Shown: positions 19,113 through 35,591 of the stretch, one piece after another
Position numbering within the stretch: the stretch's first letter is position 1
Layout: the number at the start of each line of letters is the position of its first letter
Origin: Vulcanimicrobiota bacterium
Lineage (GTDB): Bacteria; Vulcanimicrobiota; Vulcanimicrobiia; Vulcanimicrobiales; Vulcanimicrobiaceae
Reading direction: 5' to 3'
Length of the DNA: 64,000 nucleotides
Assembly: GCA_963812155.1 (NCBI GenBank)
Contig: CAWETW010000002.1
Span: forward strand, 224,001-288,000
Notes under the pieces: model-generated
The model's input: the letters and a program-made list of their open reading frames with translations, nothing else
What the model was told of the DNA's origin: nothing
Database searches by the model: none
Translations under genes and position numbers: made by a program

Positions 19113-20141
19113 ATGATTCGTCGCATTTGCCGTGCGACCATTGCCGTCGCCATCGTTTCGACGGCGCTTGCCCTGGCCGCGTGCGGTGCTGGTCCATCGA
19201 ACTGGCTCTCGCCGCGCGTCGCACCGCAGTTGACCCTGGAAAATCAGGCGGGGGAGCCTGCAGGAAGCTGTCGGACCGCCTCGTGCATGTATGTCACCGA
19301 CCGCAATACCAACGCGGTTACGGTGTACGCAGAGGGCGCGGCCGGTAACGTCGCACCGCTCGAGACTATCAGCGGCTCGAATACGCTGCTGCTTAGCCCC
19401 GTTGGGATCTTCGTGGATTCCGGCCGGGCGATCCACGTCGCGAATTATGGCGGAAATACCGTGACGGTTTATGCCGCCGGTAAGACTGGCAACGTCGCGC
19501 CGACGTCCACGATCGCGGGTCCGCATACCCTCTTAAACGGTCCAGATTCAGTCGCCGTGGACGCCGGCGGTGTATCCTATGTTGCGGATTGGAGCAACAA
19601 CAGCCTAACGGTCTACAAAAAGGGTGCCCACGGTGACGTGAAGCCGATCCGCACCATTAGCGGCGGGAGCACGACGTTATCCGGTCCCGTGGGGATCGCT
19701 TTGGACGCCGCTCCCAAGTTGTACGTCGCGAACCTGGAGGCCAACTCAGTGGCCGTTTTCGCGGCGGGCGCGAAGGGCAATGTGGCGCCGGTTCAGGCCA
19801 TCAGCGGCTCGAACACGTTGCTGAACGGTCCGGGAGGCGTCGCCGTGGATACCGCTCGGAAGATCTACGTCGCCAACTCCTACGGCAACAGCGTCACCGT
19901 TTATGCCGCGGGCGCGACCGGAAATGTCGCACCGATCCGAACCATCAGTGGCGCGAACACTGGGTTGACCTATCCGACGCAGGTCGCCCTCGATGCCCAC
20001 CACTACATCTACGTTACGAACCGTGACGCTAACAGTGTGACCGTCTACGCACCGAGCGCAAAAGGCAACGTAGCGCCGGTCCGCATCCTGAGCGGTTCCA
20101 AAACGACGTTGACTTCTCCGGCTGGGATCTCGCTGCAATAA
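19113..20141 (+). CDS. NHL-repeat beta-propeller lipoprotein
   Basis: GGAGG RBS; lipobox LAAC; six ~48-aa repeats NSVTVYA.GA.GNVAP..TISG.NTLL.GP.GIA.D. Confidence 0.85.
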   Translation: MIRRICRATIAVAIVSTALALAACGAGPSNWLSPRVAPQLTLENQAGEPAGSCRTASCMYVTDRNTNAVTVYAEGAAGNVAPLETISGSNTLLLSPVGIFVDSGRAIHVANYGGNTVTVYAAGKTGNVAPTSTIAGPHTLLNGPDSVAVDAGGVSYVADWSNNSLTVYKKGAHGDVKPIRTISGGSTTLSGPVGIALDAAPKLYVANLEANSVAVFAAGAKGNVAPVQAISGSNTLLNGPGGVAVDTARKIYVANSYGNSVTVYAAGATGNVAPIRTISGANTGLTYPTQVALDAHHYIYVTNRDANSVTVYAPSAKGNVAPVRILSGSKTTLTSPAGISLQ

Positions 20142-20195
20142 ACGCCTAGAACGCGTGGTCCGTCGGCGCAAGTAACGCAACCCGAGCAATCCCAC

Positions 20196-21320
20196 TTGAT
20201 AACGATGGGCGTCGGGTGTCTCGTCAACGCCCTGCGACGCCGGCGCGTTGACCTTCCTGCAACCGACGGCACCGAAATTGCACCGCGCCTCATACGTCCG
20301 CATCTTGGAGGCGTCGCACTCGTCAAACTTCGGCCCGCACGCATCGCAGAATGGGTCGCGGCGCTTCTCAAACGTAGTGGTAAAGCCACGAAGACAGCCG
20401 ACGGCACCTTTCGTGAGCGTCCGCTATCGGCAAAAAGTGTTTACCATGCCTTCACGCTCTTGAACGGCGCGATGCGTTTTGCGCTCCGCATGGAGCTTAT
20501 CGGCCGCAATCCGTGCGAGGCTGTGACACGGCCGAGCGTGAAGCGTTCCAACGCCAAAGCTTTTTCAGCCGATGAGGTGACTCGCCTGCTCGATGTAGCA
20601 CGTGGTACTCGTTGGGAGCCTTTTGTAACGCTCGCACTTTCGACCGGAGCGCGACGGGGCGAGCTGTGTGGCGCATCCTGGCTGGATTACGACGCTGAGA
20701 GCGGCACGCTGACGATTCGGCACTCGCTCTCGCAAACGCGCCGAGGCATTACCCTCAAAGCGACGAAAACGGGCCGCACGCGCACACTGCCACTCTCGCG
20801 CATAGCAAAAGATGCGCTGCGTTCACAAGGCGCGCTGCAGGCCCGCGAGCGCCTCGCAAACGGCGTCTCTTACCAAAACGCTGACGATGCGATCTTTGCG
20901 GATGAGATTGGCCGGCGCGTCACGCCGATGGCAGCGTCGTGCGCCTTCGAGCGGATCGCCCGCAAGGCGGGGATATCGTCGACGCGTTTGCACGACCTGC
21001 GGCATACTGCGGCAACGACGTTGCTGCTCGCGGGTGTGGATGTTCGGACCGCCGCAGGCGTTCTCGGTCACGCCTCGCCGACTATCACACTTTCGACCTA
21101 TGCGCACCTCATGCCGGAAGCGCAGCGCGAGGCCGTCGATCGCCTCGGCGAGCGCCTCGAACGGCTCGCCGCCGTCAGTTTTGACACGGCACGGCAACCG
21201 AATGGCAACCGCCTCGCCGCGAGCATTGAAAAAAGCCTGCAAATACAGGCCATTTCTGGTAGCGCCAACGGGAATCGAACCCGTCTTTCCGCCTTGAAAG
21301 GGCGATGTCCTAACCGATAG
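20196..21320 (+). CDS. Tyrosine recombinase/integrase, N-terminally truncated
   Basis: Catalytic set TGARRGEL, K, LHDLRH, LGH, TYAH present; N-terminal arm-binding region not recognisable; ORF runs through att into the tRNA antisense. Confidence 0.85.
   Translation: MITMGVGCLVNALRRRRVDLPATDGTEIAPRLIRPHLGGVALVKLRPARIAEWVAALLKRSGKATKTADGTFRERPLSAKSVYHAFTLLNGAMRFALRMELIGRNPCEAVTRPSVKRSNAKAFSADEVTRLLDVARGTRWEPFVTLALSTGARRGELCGASWLDYDAESGTLTIRHSLSQTRRGITLKATKTGRTRTLPLSRIAKDALRSQGALQARERLANGVSYQNADDAIFADEIGRRVTPMAASCAFERIARKAGISSTRLHDLRHTAATTLLLAGVDVRTAAGVLGHASPTITLSTYAHLMPEAQREAVDRLGERLERLAAVSFDTARQPNGNRLAASIEKSLQIQAISGSANGNRTRLSALKGRCPNR
21191..21212 (+). repeat. Putative integrase arm-type site (right)
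   Basis: ACGGCAACCGAATGGCAACCGC, tandem GGCAACCG, 45 bp from att. Confidence 0.7.
21229..21250 (-). terminator. Intrinsic terminator after tRNA-Glu
   Basis: Minus strand GCCTG-tatttg-CAGGC followed by T6. Confidence 0.6.
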
Positions 21321-21331
21321 ACGATGGCGCC
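21257..21331 (-). tRNA. tRNA-Glu (TTC)
   Basis: GGCGCCA/TGGCGCT acceptor stem plus ACCA; anticodon loop CT-TTC-AA; GGTTCGATTCC T-arm; 75 nt. Confidence 0.97.
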
Positions 21332-21346
21332 GCGAGTGACCTCAAA

Positions 21347-21375
21347 ACCCTAACGGCTCGCGAGTGGGATGTCAA
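21347..21375 (-). promoter_or_regulatory. sigma70-type promoter of tRNA-Glu
   Basis: TTGACA-N17-TAGGGT on the minus strand. Confidence 0.75.
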
Positions 21376-21447
21376 CGTCGGCGGTCGGCAGGCATCGGAC
21401 CGGCGGACGCGGCGAGGAGCGCCCCGAATCCGGGCGAAGGCGCCAGC

Positions 21448-21900
21448 GTGACCACCGACGAGCGCCGTTTCGAGGGATTCCTAGCCGAATTCGAACCGAG
21501 CGTCGCGGCCCTAGGGCGCGCCGCGGTCGCGCAGCTCCGAAAGCGGCTGCCCTCCGCCGACGTGATCGTTTACGACAACTACAATTTCTTCGTGACCGGC
21601 TTTTCACCGACCGAGCGGCCCTCCGATGCCGTGTTTTCGATCGTGATGAGTGCTAAGGGTGTCGCCCTATGTTTCCTGCAAGGCGCCGCACTCCCCGATC
21701 CGCACGGGATCCTACGCGGCTCCGGTAAAATCGTGCGCAACGTTCGCGTTCAGGCAGTCGAGGATTTCGATCGCCCCGAGCTCGCGATGCTTCTGAGCCT
21801 CGCGCTCGACAACGCACGCGTGCCGTTCGACCCGAAGCGTGACGGCCGATTCTACATCCGCTCCGTTTCGGCAAGGAAGCGACCGCGGCGCAAAACATGA
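21448..21900 (+). CDS. DUF1801/YdhG-like protein
   Basis: VYDNYN, LCFLQGAALPDPHGILRGSGKIVRNV; GTG start at 21448. Confidence 0.7.
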   Translation: MTTDERRFEGFLAEFEPSVAALGRAAVAQLRKRLPSADVIVYDNYNFFVTGFSPTERPSDAVFSIVMSAKGVALCFLQGAALPDPHGILRGSGKIVRNVRVQAVEDFDRPELAMLLSLALDNARVPFDPKRDGRFYIRSVSARKRPRRKT

Positions 21901-22280
21901 CTGACGGCCTTCTTACACGCGAAGAGTTCGAGCGGGTCGTCGAAGAGGCGCTCGATTCCCTTCCCAAGCGGTTCGCGGAAATGGTGCACAATGTGGCAAT
22001 CACCGTCGAGGAAGAACCTACAGACGAGGATCTCGAGAGCATCGACGACGACTCCGACGAATATGACGAAGATTCGGAGTTGCTCGGAATCTATCGCGGC
22101 GTGGCGCTCACCGAACGCACGCATGACGACCCTTTGATACCCGATGAGATCGCGATCTTCCGCGGTCCGATCAATCGCGTCGCGCAAACGCGGCGTGAAG
22201 CCGTCGAAGAAGTACGCGAGACGGTAATTCACGAGTTGGGACACTACTTCGGACTTCACGATCACGACATGCCTCACTAG
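21897..22280 (+). CDS. Zincin-like metallopeptidase
   Basis: LLGIYRG, PDEIAIFRGPI, HELGHYFG. Confidence 0.85.
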   Translation: MTDGLLTREEFERVVEEALDSLPKRFAEMVHNVAITVEEEPTDEDLESIDDDSDEYDEDSELLGIYRGVALTERTHDDPLIPDEIAIFRGPINRVAQTRREAVEEVRETVIHELGHYFGLHDHDMPH

Positions 22281-22335
22281 GCGAATCCGGTCCGGCACGA
22301 TCACTCACGACGTTACAGAGAGGCTCTACCCAAAC

Positions 22336-22578
22336 ATGGACGACGCAAAGAGACTCGCAACCGCCTTGAATGCCTTAGTAAAGTCGCCGCAGTTTTCCAA
22401 CACAAAGGCACGCGCTGCGGCGCGTCAAGAACCCGCAGTGAATTGGCCGGCGACCAAGGCGCACAACGCGGATTTCAATGCTGACGTGGACGGTTGTGAG
22501 TCGTTCGTCATGACCGACGGAAGCGTGTGCGCGTGGATGTCCGGTCAGGTTCGCTACGTCGCGCAACCGCGAGGGTAG
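22336..22578 (+). CDS. Hypothetical protein, 80 aa
   Basis: AGAGAGG RBS; fills the gap between neighbours. Confidence 0.55.
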   Translation: MDDAKRLATALNALVKSPQFSNTKARAAARQEPAVNWPATKAHNADFNADVDGCESFVMTDGSVCAWMSGQVRYVAQPRG

Positions 22579-24877
<2,299 letters not shown>

Positions 24878-24945
24878 ACGTTCGTCGAAATACGGCTTGG
24901 CGCAGGGGTAAGCCTGCGGCGGGCGGCAAACCTGTCACCGCTTCA

Positions 24946-25728
24946 ATGCAGAGCCGGGCGCATCCGTACGGACGTCTCGCCGACGAACTCGGCGGCTCGC
25001 CGTTTTCGGCGATTCGGTACGTCGTAGAGACCGAAAGTACGAACGCGGACGCGGCGAAACTCCTCGGCGACGACCGCTATCTCGGTCTCAGCATCGTCGC
25101 CGAACATCAAACCTTGGGCAGCGGTCGCAGGGGCCGGTCGTGGACGGCGTTTCCCGGCACCTCACTCCTGGTGACGACGCTCCTGCCGCGCGTGATCGCC
25201 GCTTCGGCGCTGTGGGCCGTGCCGTTTTGGGCGGCTCGCGCCGTACGCGCCGGGCTTGCAAGCCAAGGCGTCGCAACGACCATGCATTGGCCGAACGATC
25301 TGCTCGTCGCCGAGCGTGGAAAGGTTGCAGGGATCTTGTGCGTCTCGCGCGTCATCGGGAAGCGCGCGTGGGCGGCGTGCGGCGTCGGCATCAACGTCCT
25401 TCGCCGTCCCGAGGCCGACGCCGCCATCGAACCGGCGCCGGCGTATTGCGACGACCTGACGCGCGTCGACCGCGCGCGGCTGCTGTTGGGAATACTTCGC
25501 GCGTACGAAGCATCGCTCGACCTCCTTGCAGATCCACGCACCACGGCCGATCGCTGGGAAGCCGATGCCGGCCTACCCGGCGCGCACTATCGCATCCTCA
25601 AGGATGGAGAAACGACGCCGTTCGAGGCGACTGCGCTGCGAATCGCCGACGGCGGCGGCCTCGTCGTCGAACGGGACGACGGTACGGTGGAGACCATCGA
25701 TCTGGCTCACGCGCGCGCCCTGCGCTAA
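24946..25728 (+). CDS. birA: Biotin-protein ligase (no HTH)
   Basis: STN, QTLGSGRRGRSW, HWPNDL, KVAGIL. Confidence 0.9.
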   Translation: MQSRAHPYGRLADELGGSPFSAIRYVVETESTNADAAKLLGDDRYLGLSIVAEHQTLGSGRRGRSWTAFPGTSLLVTTLLPRVIAASALWAVPFWAARAVRAGLASQGVATTMHWPNDLLVAERGKVAGILCVSRVIGKRAWAACGVGINVLRRPEADAAIEPAPAYCDDLTRVDRARLLLGILRAYEASLDLLADPRTTADRWEADAGLPGAHYRILKDGETTPFEATALRIADGGGLVVERDDGTVETIDLAHARALR

Positions 25729-25733
25729 GGAGC

Positions 25734-26276
25734 CTAACTTTCTTTGCGCGCGCGCCCTAGGCGCCGCTCGCACACTTCACAGTAGTGCGGCATCTTATTG
25801 TCGGTCTCGAACACCGAATTCGAATAATACATCGCGCACCGTGCGTTGAAGCAGTGTTTGAGTCCCAGCGCGTGCCCTAATTGGTGCACCGCCTCCTTCA
25901 ACGTACGCTGAAAGAGCTGGTTCGCATCGGGTTCCTCGCCGTAAAACTGCGAACGCAAGCGGTGTAGGGAGACGACCGCGACCGCACTGCCTTCGTCCCC
26001 GTCGCCGAAGATGAAGCGATGCGACGTCTTGTAGAGATCGAGATCGGTAATCGCCAGCCGGATACCGTCCTGCTCGGGAAGCGTCCGCAATAATTTCGAC
26101 GTCAGCGTCGACAGAAACAGCTGCTTGCGCGCCGGATTGAGCGCGCTGCGCGTCACGGCGAGCGATCGTTCGACGCGAACGCTCGTCAAAAACCGCTCTT
26201 CGACGCAAAGCGCCAGGCGGTCGAGGAATTCCGAATCGATGGCATTGACGGGAACGATGCGAATCGGGCCGCTCAT
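25734..26276 (-). CDS. Archaemetzincin (M54)-like protein with HQxxH motif
   Basis: KEAVHQLGHALGLKHC...CAM...CEVC. Confidence 0.85.
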   Translation of the reverse strand: MSGPIRIVPVNAIDSEFLDRLALCVEERFLTSVRVERSLAVTRSALNPARKQLFLSTLTSKLLRTLPEQDGIRLAITDLDLYKTSHRFIFGDGDEGSAVAVVSLHRLRSQFYGEEPDANQLFQRTLKEAVHQLGHALGLKHCFNARCAMYYSNSVFETDNKMPHYCEVCERRLGRARKES

Positions 26277-26368
26277 CTCGCCGGCCGTGCTTCGCCGCCG
26301 TCGTCCGGAAAACTTGCGGGTTCTCCCGCGCGGGACAAACTGCGGCACGTTAAGAACTCGTTATCGCA

Positions 26369-26731
26369 ATGATCGTCGGAGTCGGGTTCGACCTCGCGGA
26401 GGTCGATCGTTACCGTTTCGCACCGCGCGCGTTGCAATGGTTTTCGCGTAAGATCTATACGGAAACCGAGATGGCCTACGCAATGCGCAAGCGCAACTGG
26501 GCCGAACGCCTCGCCGGCTTTTTTGCCGCCAAGGAAGCGACGCGAAAAGCCTTCGGCCATGCCATTCCCTGGCGCCAAGTCGGCGTCGGCCACGAGCGCA
26601 GCGGCAAGCCGACGATCGAACTGCTGGGCGAGGCACATCGCCTGCTCGCCGCGCGCGGGGTGCGCTCGATTCATCTCTCGATCACGCACACGGCCGCAAC
26701 CGCGGCGGCCGTCGTGATTCTCGAAGCGTGA
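26369..26731 (+). CDS. acpS: Holo-ACP synthase
   Basis: GVGFDL, FAAKEA..KA, SGKP, LSITH. Confidence 0.95.
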   Translation: MIVGVGFDLAEVDRYRFAPRALQWFSRKIYTETEMAYAMRKRNWAERLAGFFAAKEATRKAFGHAIPWRQVGVGHERSGKPTIELLGEAHRLLAARGVRSIHLSITHTAATAAAVVILEA

Positions 26732-28254
26732 TCTACGTTCTCACCCCCGAGCAGATGCGCGCCGCCGACGCGGCGGCAATTGCAGCACGGGGCGAGGACG
26801 CGCTCATGCGCGACGCCGGCCGACAAGTCGCCCGGACGCTGCGCGAACTCGAAACCGGCGCCCAGCGCATCGTCGCGTTTGCCGGACCGGGCAACAACGG
26901 TGGCGATGCATTTGCCGCACTGGCGGAACTCGCGACGGATTTCGAATGCGTCGTCCACGCCGACGACGGCGTGACGCGTTCCGCGGCCCGAGCGGCTGCG
27001 GAGCAACGGGCACGGAGCGCCGGCGTGCAAGTTCGTCCATTGCCTAGCGGTGAGGACGCCGCGCGCGCCGCGCTCGAGGGCGCGATCGCCGTGGATGCGC
27101 TGTTCGGCACGGGCGCGCGGCTGCCGCTCGCGGAGCCGTACCGTGACCTCGCGCGCGCACTCGACGCGCGCGAACGCCCCGTCATCGCGATCGACATTCC
27201 GAGCGGCATCGACGCGCTGACCGGTGCCGTAAGTAGCGACGCCGTGCGCGCGAGCGTCACCGTGACGATCGGCGCCGCCAAACCAGGACTCTTTCTCGAT
27301 CCGGCGCGCGACTGCGTCGGCGAACTGTGGTATGCGCCGATCGGCATCGACGAGGCCATTCTGGCGGCGCAGCCGCGAACGTTTGCAGCGCTCGACGACG
27401 ATGCGTTCGTGCGTTTGCTTCCTGGGCGAAAGGCGGAGTCCGATAAACGCGCTTCGGGGGCGCCGCTCGTCATCGCCGGTTCGGCGCAGTTCCCAGGCGC
27501 CGCCGTCCTCTGCGCGCGCGCCGCAGCGCGCGCCGGCGCCGGCTACGTGACGGTCGCCGCTCCCCGCGGCGTTGCCAACGTGTTGCGCGCGCATCTCGTC
27601 GAACAGGTCGTCGTCGAGCTGTCCGACGATGCGCCGGCCGGCGACGTCGTCGACGATTTGCTCGACATCGCAAAGCGGAATGGGTCGGTCGCAATCGGTC
27701 CGGGTCTCGGGCTCGACGAGCGCACGGGCGCGATCGTGACCGGGTTCCTGGCACGCAATACGCTGCCGGCGGTGATCGACGCCAGCGCACTCTTTCATCT
27801 CGCAAAGCACCTCGAGATTCTACGCGGCAAACCTGCGGTCGTGACGCCGCACGCCGGCGAGTTCGCACGGCTCTCCGGAAAAGGCACGATACGCGAGAGC
27901 GAACGCGTCGCTCGAATTCGCGATTTCGTCGATCGAACGGGCATCGTGACGTTGCTGAAGGGCCGCGATACGTTGATCTATGACGGCACCACGATGCACC
28001 TCAATGCCACCGGAACCAACGTGTTGGCGACGGCCGGAACCGGCGACGTACTGACGGGCGTCATCGCAACGCTGGCGTCGCAAGGGCTCGCGATTGTCGA
28101 CGCCGCCTGCGCCGGAGCCTATTGGCACGGTCTCGCCGGCAAATGCGCGGGCGAATATCGCTGCGTGGGCGTCGTCGCGGGCGACGTCATCGACGCGCTC
28201 GCCGACGCGCTTCCCAACGGCGAACCCAACGACGATTTGCGCCGCGTGTTTTAA
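26728..28254 (+). CDS. nnr: Bifunctional NAD(P)HX epimerase/dehydratase
   Basis: GPGNNGGD, DALFGTG, DIPSG, TPHAGEF, AGTGDVL. Confidence 0.93.
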   Translation: MIYVLTPEQMRAADAAAIAARGEDALMRDAGRQVARTLRELETGAQRIVAFAGPGNNGGDAFAALAELATDFECVVHADDGVTRSAARAAAEQRARSAGVQVRPLPSGEDAARAALEGAIAVDALFGTGARLPLAEPYRDLARALDARERPVIAIDIPSGIDALTGAVSSDAVRASVTVTIGAAKPGLFLDPARDCVGELWYAPIGIDEAILAAQPRTFAALDDDAFVRLLPGRKAESDKRASGAPLVIAGSAQFPGAAVLCARAAARAGAGYVTVAAPRGVANVLRAHLVEQVVVELSDDAPAGDVVDDLLDIAKRNGSVAIGPGLGLDERTGAIVTGFLARNTLPAVIDASALFHLAKHLEILRGKPAVVTPHAGEFARLSGKGTIRESERVARIRDFVDRTGIVTLLKGRDTLIYDGTTMHLNATGTNVLATAGTGDVLTGVIATLASQGLAIVDAACAGAYWHGLAGKCAGEYRCVGVVAGDVIDALADALPNGEPNDDLRRVF

Positions 28255-28329
28255 GGTCGCTAAAGGGTTTCCGCTTGGGGGCAGGAAGGGCGCCCGCACC
28301 TACTCGACGTCATTTTTATCGGGGGAACC

Positions 28330-33983
<5,654 letters not shown>

Positions 33984-34035
33984 AGATTCTCAGAAACCTC
34001 CGAAGGGGTGAAGGTTACGCCGCAACGACGGGTCT

Positions 34036-34755
34036 TTACGGAAGCGCGAGCAGCGCCCGCCCGGCTTCCTCGAGGGTCGCGCACACGACGTCGGGCGGGG
34101 GTGCGCCCGGCGGCAAGGATTCACCTCGTACGTTCAGCCAGACCGTGAAGAGGCCGGCCTCGCGCGCGCCGCGTACGTCGCGCTCGTAGCGGTCGCCGAC
34201 CATCGCACCGTGCGAAGGCGACGCCCCCATCGTCGTGCAGGCGTGCGCGAACAGCAAGGGATCGGGCTTGAGCATACCGACTTCGTCGGCGATGAAAATC
34301 GCGTCGAAGAACTCGCCCAGACGCAGCAGCGAGATCTTTTCACGGTGCGTCTCCGAGAATCCGTTGGTCACCATGCCCAACCGTTTTCCCCGTGCGCGCA
34401 GCGAACGCAGCAGTTCGATCGCACCGGGGAACGGCACGTAACGCCGCTTTCGATAGTCGTTGTAGCGACCGGCGGAGCGTCGAGCGACGGCGGCGTCGGC
34501 GATGCCGACGCTTTCGAGCGCGCCGCTCCACAAGCGCTCGCGAACGCGCGCGAGTTCGACGCGCAAGGTGTCGGGCGCGAGCCGCTTCCAGAAACCCTCG
34601 GCGGCCGCAACGTAGGCGGCTTTCAGCTCGAGTGCGTCGATACCGTGCTCCGCGGCAATCTCGTGCGCTACTTCCTCGGCGGCACTCTGGTACGCGAGGG
34701 TGTCGTCGTGAAGCGTGTCGTCGAGGTCGAAGAGCACGATGTCGAGCCGGCGCAT
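34036..34755 (-). CDS. HAD-family hydrolase
   Basis: FDLDDTL, VTNG, KPDP, VGDRYERDV. Confidence 0.9.
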   Translation of the reverse strand: MRRLDIVLFDLDDTLHDDTLAYQSAAEEVAHEIAAEHGIDALELKAAYVAAAEGFWKRLAPDTLRVELARVRERLWSGALESVGIADAAVARRSAGRYNDYRKRRYVPFPGAIELLRSLRARGKRLGMVTNGFSETHREKISLLRLGEFFDAIFIADEVGMLKPDPLLFAHACTTMGASPSHGAMVGDRYERDVRGAREAGLFTVWLNVRGESLPPGAPPPDVVCATLEEAGRALLALP

Positions 34756-34769
34756 GAACGGCGAGCGAA

Positions 34770-35555
34770 CTACGGGATGTGCGGAAGGTGTTGCAGCAGC
34801 ATGATCCACCCATCGTCGGAGATGCGCACCGATCCGTCGAACGGCGAATCGAACTCGGAGATGACGATGAACAGAATCGCGATCAGCCCCGCCAGAATCG
34901 CTGTCATCACGAGCTGTGCGCCGCGGTTTTCGACGCCGAAGAGAAAAGCGAACGACAGCATCGCAAGCGCTCCGGACACCAGCGCGAACCAAAGCACCAT
35001 CGGCACCGACGGAGCGTCCTGAATCAGCCGGAGCCGGCGGGCATCGAACAGGCGCTCCACCTGCGTCATCGCCGCCTGCTGCACGTCTGCATCGCCCGCA
35101 CCGTGCGGCTTGTACGTATTGATCTCGTGCGCGAGGTCCTCGAGCACGATCAAATCTTTCGGCACGTTGATGCGCAGCGACATCTGCGGCCATTCGGTTT
35201 GCACGACGCCGTTCGCGTACGAGATTAGTTGACGGCGGACCACGGAACGTGCCGGTTCGGCCAGGCCTCCGGCAACGCGGTAGAGATCGGAAACGGCTGC
35301 AATTTCCGTGTCGACCGTGGAGACGGTCGCGTCGTACTTCTCCCATACCACCACGACGACGAATCCCAGCACGACGGCGTAAATAACGCCCACCGCCGAG
35401 AAAAGAAAGCCCGCGACGTCGTTGTGCTTTCGCAACATTTCGCTGCGGAAGCGGCGCTGCCACATTGCGTGCAAAACGACCGTAACGGTGACGACCAGGG
35501 CGATGATGAGAATTTCGCCGACTGCTTCCGACATCTCGTACGAGGTATGCGTCAT
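34770..35555 (-). CDS. DUF4239 membrane protein
   Basis: GVIYAVVLGFVVVVVW, EWPQM, DARRLR, FDSPFDG. Confidence 0.8.
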   Translation of the reverse strand: MTHTSYEMSEAVGEILIIALVVTVTVVLHAMWQRRFRSEMLRKHNDVAGFLFSAVGVIYAVVLGFVVVVVWEKYDATVSTVDTEIAAVSDLYRVAGGLAEPARSVVRRQLISYANGVVQTEWPQMSLRINVPKDLIVLEDLAHEINTYKPHGAGDADVQQAAMTQVERLFDARRLRLIQDAPSVPMVLWFALVSGALAMLSFAFLFGVENRGAQLVMTAILAGLIAILFIVISEFDSPFDGSVRISDDGWIMLLQHLPHIP

Positions 35556-35591
35556 GCCGCCGGCATATCCTCGCCGCGGCCCGTCACGCGC

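Larger units (their letters stand above)
18609..21279. mobile_element. About 2.7-kb decayed integrative element in tRNA-Glu
   Basis: Bounded by att direct repeats; contains an integrase, paired arm-like repeats and one cargo lipoprotein. Confidence 0.8.

Noticed and set aside
14463..20141. Periodic DNA repeats as a CRISPR array
   Set aside because: They are degenerate in-frame protein repeats (propeller blades); no identical repeats with spacers and no cas genes.
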